A DNA stretch of 64,000 nucleotides from a virus. The stretch spans positions 32,001-96,000 of the IMG/VR virus record IMGVR_UViG_3300020054_000866. The stretch is one strand, 5' to 3'. The notes under the pieces were generated by a model. The model did not search any database and was not told the origin of the DNA. It saw only the letters and a list, made by a program, of their open reading frames with translations. Positions 57,901 through 64,000 of this stretch are shown here, in pieces. The position numbers and the translations under genes are program-made. The stretch's first letter is position 1, and every line of letters starts with the position of its first letter.

Positions 57901-60900
57901 CGTCAGCATCAGGCGCCGATGCGCGGGTTAGCATCGCGTCAGTAATGTCCCAGGCGGCTTCGGCATCAGCGTCAGCGCGGTGCCAGTTGCCGAGCTCTAC
58001 ACCGAGGTACTCAGCGACAGGGCCGAGGCTGTTCGACGAACGCCTCTTGCCGTCGCGGCCTACCTGCGAAGGACCGTCTGGAGAGCCAGACGACCACGTT
58101 GGCAGAGTCCCTCTTGCCATTGGCAGAGAATCAATAGTTCCACCAATCTCGAGTTCGAGGCCCTGCTCGCCTAGAGTACGCTGTAGTACTTCAGTATCAA
58201 ACGGAACGTTCTGTCCGCCAAGAATCGGACGATCTCCAACAAACTCGATGAATCGCTCGTGCGCCTCGCGCATTGATGGCTGAGTCTCTAGCCACTCGTC
58301 GGTGACAAGCTCCCCGTCCTCGCGCTTTAGATTCTCTTTTGACCAATCCGAGAGTCTAAACTCTGGATTCATGTACATGTTGAATCTATCGACGACCTCG
58401 CCGTTGACAATTCGAACAGCACCGATCTGCACAGGACGGTTGAGTTCGCCGTCTCCAATGCCAGTTGTCTCATAGTCAAAGTAGACGATCTCAGTTCCGC
58501 GAATGATCTCCGCGACTTCTTCCCAGCTCTCTGCGCCCTCAAGAAGATCTCGCATGTCGCCACTGAACGTCTCTTGACTTCTAGGCGAGTACGGTCTCTT
58601 TGGTCGATGAAGCGCGGGCTTATCGCCCTTTGGAGGTGTCGTACCGCCGCGGCTAACTTCAATCTCAGTGTCTTCGTTCCACTCCTTGCGCTGAGACTCG
58701 TGGCCAGGGTAGTATCCTTGAATACTTACCTTGCCTTTTGGAGTTTCGGAATCGCGGAAAACTTTTTCGACGACAAATGAATCAGTCGCGGTAATGTCGC
58801 CTGGCACTAGGTCCTGCGCCTGGTAGCCCATCGCGTCAGTGAGCGGCTCTGGATCTGGGAAAAGATCGGGATCGTCTTGGCCTTCTTGAATCCCGAAGCG
58901 ATCAAGAATCGACTGGCGACGAGCCTTCAAGCGCTCCTTAAGAAGAGCGGCATCATCTGGATCCGAGACAATTGAATCTACTGTTTCGTCAATCTGCGAC
59001 GGAGTGATGTCACGAAGTCTCTTCGCGGCAGCCTGCAATGTTGCATCATCGATATCGCCAAAGACTGACGCCGCCTGCGGATTTAGATCTGGGTCGCGAA
59101 GAGTGTCGAGCTCTGTTACGTTGTTGCCAAACGCCGAGCCTTTCTCAGCGCCACGAGCACGATACATCAACGAGCCGCCTGGGTCGAGACGCACCGGGTC
59201 TCCATTGCCGTCTGTGACGATGTTGTCATAGACCAGCCCAACGCTGTCCCAGTTTGCTAGCCAGGCGTCAGCAACAAATCCTTGACGGACCTTGTCGAGA
59301 TACTCAGTGTCTCCACCGTCGACCCTAAACTCAAAGTCACCGGTGTCGGCGTCTTCAATTAATGTAGAGACGATTCTTGTGTCGCCATCTTCACGACCGA
59401 GGCGAACACGTGCTGCCGGCACTCCGAGCATCTCGTAGAATGCGGATGCAAGAACTTCGTTCTCCGCGTGAGACTGCGATCTCGGCGACTTGACGTAGTA
59501 TCTTCTGCCATCGGGAGTCTCATAGAACCCACCCGGGTTCGATCCCGCCTGGCCGCCAGTGCGAGACCATGTTTCAATGTCGTCGGCGTCTGGATCGTAC
59601 GCTGTAGCAGCAGACGGCGCTTCAGGCGCCGCCGCATCGGCTCTACGAACTTGAACAATAGTCTCAACACCAAACTCATTACTCTGCTCGCGGACAGACA
59701 CTACCTGTAGCTCTCCGAAGCCGATCCATTCCTGCTCGTCTGGGACAAACGACATGTCTGACACGTTAAGGCTGTCAATCTCGCCTGGTGGCACCTCAAG
59801 AACAATTCTACGCTCATTCACGCCGGTGGGGAAGAACAGACGACTCATTAGAGAGCCATCGGCAATCTCCTGCGCAGTGAATGGGCGAGCATCCATAGAA
59901 AACGTCGAACCCTCAGTCAGAAGAGTCTCGATCTCCGGATTATCTTTGTGAATGTTAAGGACTCTATAGAGTGGCCGATTATTCGGTGACGCGGCGGAAG
60001 AAACAATTCTGTAGAACGCGGCAGCGGTAGTGTCCGCCGACAGATCGTCAGAGCCAGACGAAATTGCTTTCTTACCATTGATGTAGTCGGCGTACTGGCC
60101 GTACTCTTCGATCATCTCGTAGTACGCGTCTTCTGCTATTGATGCAATGTCACCGTCTACTCCGTCTCTCTCAAGAATATTGCTGATAGCACCGAGCATT
60201 CGCATTCTTGAGTCTTCGGGGGAGATTACGTCTGGTTCAGCGAGATCTCCGCCGTCTCCACCGTCAATAGACATGACGATACCCCAGAACGCTCTGAACG
60301 CTTCGCGATCTGCTGGGTCGTCGGACTTCGATAGTGGGTAGAATCTTTCAAACGCTTCATCAAACGACAAAACCGGATCGTCGCTGCGGCCGAAGATAAT
60401 TTGATCCGCGATTTCTTTGATCTTTGGATTTGTTTCTTCGTGAGAGCGCATAAGCTCAACAGCGCGTTGCGCTCGCTCGTTGTCTAAGCTCTGCCCAGTT
60501 CGCTGAGCTTTCTGCGCCGTGACTCTGTCGGCCTCGCCTTGCGTCTGAGGTATTTCGGAGCGTGCCGGGCTGTACTCAGGCGAATCAAACATGTCGCCTT
60601 TAAACTCTTGTAGTCTTTCGACGTTGCTGACACGGTTAGGGTCATCAAACGCCGAGTCGTAGATGCCCGCAAGAATTATGTCGGCATCGACACCTGACAT
60701 TTGAAGCGCTTCATAGAGCGCCTCAGCAGGCACAGTTTCATCTCCGTCTGAGAACTCAAGATTGCCGAGACCTTCAGCACGGTCCCCACTCTCGCTAGGC
60801 ATGACAGCTTCGCGCAGAGCCTTGGCAAGCTCTTCCTGCGAAAATCTTGTCGAAAGCTCAGAAGGATCGTCTGTGTAGTCTTCGCTTGTCTCATCGGTGC

Positions 60901-63900
60901 GACCACGGGGCTCGTACATCGAGTAGATGTCAACCTTGTGCGCGCCATCTGGGACCTCGAACATCGAGTCAAACTCGCTCTCGAATTCTGGAGAAATCCC
61001 AGACGGAGTCTTAGACTCGCTTGGCATCGGCGAGATTTTGTCAATAGAGAACGTTCTCTCTTCCATCTCGCCATCGACGTCTAAGAACCCGACGACGTTA
61101 GTTAGCCCGTTCTTCGGGTTACTGTAAATGCGACTTGGAGTAAACGTTCTCTCCTTGCCGCTGTACATGAACCGAACTGTTCCGCCGGCCTCCATCGCGT
61201 CTTCTATTGCAGATCTAATGCCGAAGAAGCTCGTATCTGTAATATCAGCGGGCCCGCCAGTGTATAGCTCTGGGTCTATGTCTGGAGTAACCCCGTCAAA
61301 GATGTCTGGGTCGCCGTCACCTTCGGTTAGTTTCTGGAAAAGCTCGGCGTTCTCCTCGTCATCGTTGCTGAAACGTGCGTTAAGTGCACCGTCAGTCTCA
61401 GCGTCGCCAAGGAAGCTGCGAGCCTCCTCTGGAGTCAGCCTAGGCTTATCAAACGTAACAACAACCTTGCGTTCATCGCCCATTCCAAGAGGAGACCCGT
61501 CAAGACTGTCGTACAGACTGTCATTCTCTTCGATGTACCCGCCGGCGTCATTAACACGCTTAACGAGATCTTCGGTGAAGTCCTCTTCAACCATTGGGAA
61601 CGCAATTTGAACGCCATCGCCCTTAGGCTTAGTGTTCATTGGGCTAAGCGGATCGCTGCCGTCACCTTCGGTCGGAGGCGTGATGTCGTCATCGGTTGGC
61701 TTGAAGAAGTCAAGAACCTCTTGGCCGAAGTTATCTCTGATCTCAGCGTCAAAGTCAGTAACTGACGGATCGCTTGAGTCTGCTCTGAACGCGACCTCGA
61801 CGTCTTCTTCAGCGTCCTCTGGCGCGCGAACAATGGCAGTGACAATGTAGTTGCCAGGGCTTGGCTCCTCAAGAAATACCTCAGCGAGCTCGCCTTCGTA
61901 CTCTGCGCTTATTGAGCCCTCTCGGTACTCACTCGAGGATACGGGAACCTGGCCTTCTGGGGTCTTGCCTTCTACAATGTCCTCAAGTTCGCCGTAGAAA
62001 TCTTCTGTATCGTCGTCACCGTAGTAGAACGAGATTTTGTCGAAGTCGGCAACGTCTTCCCAGGACACTCTTTGAGTATCTGGAGAAGAAAGTCTTACTC
62101 CGTTCTCGTCGTGAGTGTACGTTACGTCAAAGCCGTCTTCGTCAGACTCAGTTACTACGCCGTAACCGTTCGGGCCCTGGACAATTGTCGCAATTCCTCT
62201 CTCGAGTTCGTCTTTTTCGGAAGGTTGGCGATCTACTTTCTTGAGAGTGGTGCCAGGTCTGCCTGTTTCGTCGCCTTTTGACTTGTCGTAGTCGATGACG
62301 CGGTCCATGACGTCTGTGATTTGAGAGTCCCTGCTTGGAGTTTCAGCAGCAGGTTTGCCGGAGTCAAGCTCGGGGAAGAACATGCCAGCCTGACCAGGCC
62401 TGTAGACCGTGTAGCCCTCATCGCCAGCAGCGTAGTCCCCATAGTACTTGGGCTTTCTTGGCCCACTCTTAGCAACTTCGTAGCCGCGGGACTGTAACTC
62501 CGCGATAATGGAACTAGCAGAGTACTCAGACTTATCCGCAAACAGTGAATAGCCTCTGTCAAACGGTCTCTCCGCTCTCTTGCCATGTTTTGCGAGCTCC
62601 GCCATGAGCTCTTCGTCTGTCATCTGCTCGAGCTCTTTAGCCTTCTTGTCGTCGCGCTTTGGCCGAGGCTTCACTGGCTTCACTGGGGGGAAGAGATCAC
62701 GTCTCTCCTCCTCAAGGAACTTTTCTATAGCTTTTCGAGCATCTCTCTCTGCGCGCTCTGCTTCTTTCTTTTCGCGCTCTTCTTCTTTTCTTCTCTCTTC
62801 GACAATTCTTGAGGTGTCCATCGGGCTAATCGGGTAGCCATCTGGAAACACGTCTTTTGGAAATACACCTGGCTCATCAGCACGACTGTTTATCCACTTA
62901 CGCCATTCCTCGTAAGTCATGTCTCGTGGGCCTGCGCCAATTTGATTCTTCCACGCCTCGTACGCCTCGCGGGAGTCGTCAAACATTTTTTCTCCGCTAG
63001 GGAAACGCGCCTCAGCAGCGTCTACCTCGCGGGCACCCTCTACAATCCTCTCGAGTTCACCATAGAAATCTTCTTGCTCCTCGGGTCTGAATGAAACTTC
63101 TTGGAAGTCCTCAGTGACGTCTCCCCAGGCAACTGTCCGAGTTTCTGGAGAATCAAGTTTGTTCCCGTCCCTGTCGTGCGTGTACAGGATGTCGATGCCG
63201 TCGTCATCTATATCGGTGATTAGGCCAGAGCCGTTTGGCTCACTGACAATTGTCGCAATATCATTCTCGATTTCCTCTCGTTCGAGGACATCCTCTCTTA
63301 TGTAGTCAGATTTGAGAGCTCGATCTATAACGTCTGCAATTTGAGAGTCTCGGGTCGGGAATTCAGTGGCACCCTCTGCGTCAGCAGCCTCCTGTAGAAC
63401 CTTCTCATATGCCGGCGAGTCATCTTTCGCGGCGCGCTGCACGTCAGCCCACGACTTGCCGTCAGCGACCTTTTCGCCAATGGAGTTGTCTGTGAGATCA
63501 GCACGATGGAGACTGTAGTCTCCGGTCTCAAGATTCTTTCGAACGAAGTAGCCGTCATCAGATACGAACTGCTCAAAGCCGGCGTCACCGCTATCTGCTC
63601 TCGACCACCCCGTGGGAGCGTCGAGACGACTGATTTCTCCTTCTCGAACGAGCGACTCGCGGCCGCCGGTAACTCTGTCGAGCTCTACCTCCGGGATCTC
63701 CTTAAGCGCTTCTCTCGAGATAATCGCCTTCGAAGACACGCCCTTTGACGAAGGGAGCGCGTAGATGCCGCCTGGAAGACTTGGGCTGTCAGTGATCTCG
63801 ATCTCGATGTCATCGTCGCCAGACGCTCCAACAACACGTCCGGAGACTGAGAAAATGCTGCCATCAAGATCTAAGTTGAAGCTAAAGCCGCCGCCCATGA

Positions 63901-64000
63901 AGGCGAATCGACCGTAACGATCGCGTCGCTGCATTCTCGCGCGAAGCGAGCGAGCAGCTCTTGAGTTGCCACCGATGCCGAAGCCACCAACAGCAACAAT
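48977..64000 (-). CDS. Giant polyvalent protein (>5000 aa, 5' end outside the window)
   Basis: The frame is open through position 64000 (IVAVGGFGIGGNSRAARSLRAR precedes the tracked Met). Contains WYL-like, ART, HipA/PI3K-like kinase, DEDDh exonuclease, UvrD helicase and Nudix motifs. Confidence 0.9.
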   Translation of the reverse strand: MVAVGGFGIGGNSRAARSLRARMQRRDRYGRFAFMGGGFSFNLDLDGSIFSVSGRVVGASGDDDIEIEITDSPSLPGGIYALPSSKGVSSKAIISREALKEIPEVELDRVTGGRESLVREGEISRLDAPTGWSRADSGDAGFEQFVSDDGYFVRKNLETGDYSLHRADLTDNSIGEKVADGKSWADVQRAAKDDSPAYEKVLQEAADAEGATEFPTRDSQIADVIDRALKSDYIREDVLEREEIENDIATIVSEPNGSGLITDIDDDGIDILYTHDRDGNKLDSPETRTVAWGDVTEDFQEVSFRPEEQEDFYGELERIVEGAREVDAAEARFPSGEKMFDDSREAYEAWKNQIGAGPRDMTYEEWRKWINSRADEPGVFPKDVFPDGYPISPMDTSRIVEERRKEEEREKKEAERAERDARKAIEKFLEEERRDLFPPVKPVKPRPKRDDKKAKELEQMTDEELMAELAKHGKRAERPFDRGYSLFADKSEYSASSIIAELQSRGYEVAKSGPRKPKYYGDYAAGDEGYTVYRPGQAGMFFPELDSGKPAAETPSRDSQITDVMDRVIDYDKSKGDETGRPGTTLKKVDRQPSEKDELERGIATIVQGPNGYGVVTESDEDGFDVTYTHDENGVRLSSPDTQRVSWEDVADFDKISFYYGDDDTEDFYGELEDIVEGKTPEGQVPVSSSEYREGSISAEYEGELAEVFLEEPSPGNYIVTAIVRAPEDAEEDVEVAFRADSSDPSVTDFDAEIRDNFGQEVLDFFKPTDDDITPPTEGDGSDPLSPMNTKPKGDGVQIAFPMVEEDFTEDLVKRVNDAGGYIEENDSLYDSLDGSPLGMGDERKVVVTFDKPRLTPEEARSFLGDAETDGALNARFSNDDEENAELFQKLTEGDGDPDIFDGVTPDIDPELYTGGPADITDTSFFGIRSAIEDAMEAGGTVRFMYSGKERTFTPSRIYSNPKNGLTNVVGFLDVDGEMEERTFSIDKISPMPSESKTPSGISPEFESEFDSMFEVPDGAHKVDIYSMYEPRGRTDETSEDYTDDPSELSTRFSQEELAKALREAVMPSESGDRAEGLGNLEFSDGDETVPAEALYEALQMSGVDADIILAGIYDSAFDDPNRVSNVERLQEFKGDMFDSPEYSPARSEIPQTQGEADRVTAQKAQRTGQSLDNERAQRAVELMRSHEETNPKIKEIADQIIFGRSDDPVLSFDEAFERFYPLSKSDDPADREAFRAFWGIVMSIDGGDGGDLAEPDVISPEDSRMRMLGAISNILERDGVDGDIASIAEDAYYEMIEEYGQYADYINGKKAISSGSDDLSADTTAAAFYRIVSSAASPNNRPLYRVLNIHKDNPEIETLLTEGSTFSMDARPFTAQEIADGSLMSRLFFPTGVNERRIVLEVPPGEIDSLNVSDMSFVPDEQEWIGFGELQVVSVREQSNEFGVETIVQVRRADAAAPEAPSAATAYDPDADDIETWSRTGGQAGSNPGGFYETPDGRRYYVKSPRSQSHAENEVLASAFYEMLGVPAARVRLGREDGDTRIVSTLIEDADTGDFEFRVDGGDTEYLDKVRQGFVADAWLANWDSVGLVYDNIVTDGNGDPVRLDPGGSLMYRARGAEKGSAFGNNVTELDTLRDPDLNPQAASVFGDIDDATLQAAAKRLRDITPSQIDETVDSIVSDPDDAALLKERLKARRQSILDRFGIQEGQDDPDLFPDPEPLTDAMGYQAQDLVPGDITATDSFVVEKVFRDSETPKGKVSIQGYYPGHESQRKEWNEDTEIEVSRGGTTPPKGDKPALHRPKRPYSPRSQETFSGDMRDLLEGAESWEEVAEIIRGTEIVYFDYETTGIGDGELNRPVQIGAVRIVNGEVVDRFNMYMNPEFRLSDWSKENLKREDGELVTDEWLETQPSMREAHERFIEFVGDRPILGGQNVPFDTEVLQRTLGEQGLELEIGGTIDSLPMARGTLPTWSSGSPDGPSQVGRDGKRRSSNSLGPVAEYLGVELGNWHRADADAEAAWDITDAMLTRASAPDADVSTESFDGREAEKIAQDRAEYDAAMSVYKDELADYEAAKAVAAAWNCGGAGITAAVGDGEGPCDVPDPDDMINNATPDESIVDPEGVPGGATDSNVSMADALDDGVVERPEKDGVNVKDPYADEKFPPTAQQRDVVDAVLTGENVVVRALAGTGKTSTLKLIARRLKKEQPKKRIAYVAFNKSIQLEADATMPGNVESRTGDSIAWRAIGSSLTDKRKKNRFNNKPSKLANDLGITGQPSPDEPDKDMTATQVYRAINKAVTNYTISADDEIGPQHFEFDNVPDEWIAKAGEIWDDLKSPSGVLPFNNNHATKIWALSRPDLSADGSGLDYKADVIFFDEAQDINPVIGKVIADQTAQVVYVGDGNQAIYGFRGAEDELQKISAPNDLPLTKSWRFGPQIAGIGNRFLAALGSDYRIEGGGPDGKILPRGGMPDADAVLVRSNAGAVREIYRELEAGRKVGVTKSFKEDLERFVRHADWLKSGARLDDRPQMHEDLAPFSSWDEVVKSLEDEDNKKLEFLVDLVDSEGVDGLYDMLGRLIPYTTNADVSSDELPSAPPLMPSEVASGSSGEVANGVMFEVSGDRVKLSGKTFDTKESIKALGFKWNAADKSWVRSIKGDDNRARTLNELRSKLAGDGSADRPDVVVSTAHRAKGLEWDRVRIGDDFRGPRVDGETGATIMPADEELRLAYVAVTRAQKQLDPGSLEYIYGYTTEADESPNLPSAPEADVPEAPEAPEAPPVPVEIDPERRAAEVAKYNLEDLGEGELDAVGSENSYIRQMFSDTWEAWVDGQSIGTAPTQEEIVEMYNERVGEVVDSRLSASEEVAETRDEVAPGGTPESPEALEGDMPLPPPSPDEAPVDTSGAIIEEVAFDPKTQKTFGDDLSEATDDLEMVKDDIYSKGSTGKKFKDALQRAIDAISDYTDGKISLSEAVSRLRNEEDGLDEFSTSTGKTKLDYDFAHGSVRDARRILDGSVYGPAEIGKGLPPEGSGLGFSKDGVFIKPGMRVRDKWGYAGTVVRYNESGGYVNVYILKDIDHRDPDKLGEKAKKSYGPKKYIDSKGTTALTVIKDGDDNSPWIDSGKVPEGKKPKNLDSQLEELRKMGDDDGEGPMGVEPPSPKPDDSGDSGEAPAGTTEALRENVEDNRRDDAWTGEESDRPESPGTDVAQASKNITEALRDSENPEYTADDETIKDLLREEIGQTSPDDTFITISPPSGFETTIRRSDAIAVVGDSPKVDAPEGAPNNDALAEEKQLKERIKVFEAKGGLTREEAEEYVALSKRINELRFDRRKDAKASVEDVADAAERLSTLSPETNLAAYKDLFKNKGVYTAIKSAASGVFFNADTDVDKIMDGDDPETSPQDFYDAFKATREALRSQYGDTVPLFRAVGAQKKKSTTNWATTREFVEQFGDNVVEELVPVERIAAVHVTRNGKYHEVIVLDEDYDISDLVDSPTVDAESEVSEKIKNFEPDDVLYSDDDELTSEFELAGFLQSRDVADRTISLLEEYLENNSKEENEYLDDLVDVLSNALQDDDNIGLKDVVSERIEFAESDDVKKKEALRALVAFLTFFDGGILDGYGTTERYLGGALSKIDKPSSMKDVVKFAQENKLPVSYGDLLRSQLKLVQGEEQIGGEEPSVAGAFFRLLTRLSESSPYSGKMYRGIVNNESTEDFITEGSTVTIPPRSFSKDVETSEEFGDIILEVDGEDAIGVDVSELSTWDEGEVIAYGSFKVDSVEDRGDGSYYVKLVKSQKSESLEEKVKSLEENTQDTETSDVDSPVDGDDSDAGEFSDSERAIIEGAGFEPGSVEDASYRISALRIIDSQREEQGKSQSDFTEQKVQLFIENIAKAVSEKHDTYSESPSKELARDYYSIASDEWLDANLVDARHPRPTREIVVKALESLNPFRVGSPHHIAWSRVLNSQLEETYDNAGILPDYEGRLTTPQTNKVFYFIEGDLKAKVESGKWRKYIEDADPEWVEQNINSSGEISNQKSIYPLQKATYKGVEFSQIDDDVWVAESFIDRYDVNVDDPDVLLPMFIPMGDGGADSAGEGYFFSAEKQRFWGRYGAGGALISFVDDDGEVKYVLGKRATWIPGGGGKWGLPGGAHRNRRNAEDPRTTAIEETAEEIGISINALTVPDFIHENDVTQDWRYSTVGFTVSAEDAKSAKISDNETSEIKFFTADELLRMVGTGELHPSLDEFMPELLERHSEALRARAETAKMSKNFTDYSNEDPFEVDEISEVLAKEYRQIFDEQGIPETVMGNTMAVVAAVRHAYSSEIDKSERGYLGELARIRDILNFARVAAVDINYNRRPDTPDGDAKPYNGAIETQTLAMISQGDVVGASIYLHAAIGEATDPEVRAVLGEFKNALINGRFKDIEVKDDWTISKKNQSSIGKNAVGGKDSWVAVATTLRESIESIKRIMADNPEAARKVSKLFMSDPALAARVAASRFLGPGRELREDVDVLPLTSSAFDDVPSMTEAISIANSADKKSIATSTLFDGSDIEDGEVEISRVKRNFSDKVKTQMSFKLTAWAAERLTAVAKQRARDDDSGWSVSTSTGTDRMRNTVIGYALYNTFIQVDDNGVKYVGESNDIRKEDGNGRLYLDRSMQELVYQGDGFSIRIATTSSGSSYSSPYTGLYNEEGGAVQGGSDNLIADVNRVRILFDDDNPSSEVVELAMKVAGVRDPRPATEQDIELLVENRAISVLSSEGNYNNPAFTTSGANRDRIVQELRQLYPSLFDYTVATDPATGKVEIRHSQELVDALRKRIALGGGESFWHAGNLPASYSETFDDSWITESEAAAKVVLRVLGLSEPDDIGAGVPGIVSSRKRFDSGIGIEGQSSYADYGTGSAEYAYISRATPRSIQMDPTSTYSTTNYAFELDPDVILSRLDIWANETDRFGARSERDPYNEMTSFDAYEILVKGAISPSAIKKVHVGTQVRENILVSLEARGISEINGVPVEDFFVLFERIY

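Noticed and set aside
49301-63867. Many antisense and alternate-frame ORFs of 60-308 aa inside the giant gene (and elsewhere)
   Set aside because: They are Ser/Arg-rich shadow frames of acidic coding sequence with no motifs or RBS.
63932-63934. Tracked Met as the true start of the giant ORF
   Set aside because: The frame stays open to the window edge, there is no SD, and the conserved motif extends upstream of this Met.
1-64000. tRNA/rRNA genes, integrase, lysis genes, terminase/portal, recoded stop codons
   Set aside because: None were recognised. Intergenic gaps are short and genes are intact under the standard code; the missing modules presumably lie outside the window. A tRNAscan/Infernal run would be needed to exclude small RNAs.

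Overview
This window is a 64-kb segment of a large tailed (siphovirus-type) phage. The host is probably actinobacterial, based on a WhiB regulator, leaderless TANNNT promoters and separate hexamer/pentamer capsid proteins. The plus strand (1-29.8 kb) carries a modular array of tail-fibre/receptor-binding cassettes, Dit/Tal/fibre genes, replication/recombination genes (PolA, RuvC-like, SNF2 helicase, Cas4-like nuclease, Sak4, SSB) and an interspersed nucleotide/DNA-modification set. That set comprises a dNMP kinase fused to a UDG-like domain, an Asp-type thymidylate-synthase homologue (predicted dCMP hydroxymethylase), two deaminases, two T4 beta-glucosyltransferase-like paralogues, a dimeric dCTPase/dUTPase, a DenV-like glycosylase and an atypical C5-cytosine methyltransferase. 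The minus strand (29.8-64 kb) is the virion operon: a >5000-aa polyvalent protein (open at the window edge), HiPIP-like proteins, a multidomain prohead protease, capsid hexamer and pentamer, major tail, adaptors, frameshifted tail chaperones and tape measure. The two best candidates for novel biology are (1) a cytosine hypermodification system whose C5-MTase naturally carries the motif X Asn-to-Lys change known to create carboxymethyltransferase activity, and (2) a giant head-associated effector polyprotein (WYL, 3-4 ADP-ribosyltransferases, kinase, exonuclease, helicase, Nudix) that shares putative targeting and cleavage motifs with other head proteins. All assignments come from motif recognition by eye; no database searches were run and internal domain boundaries are approximate.
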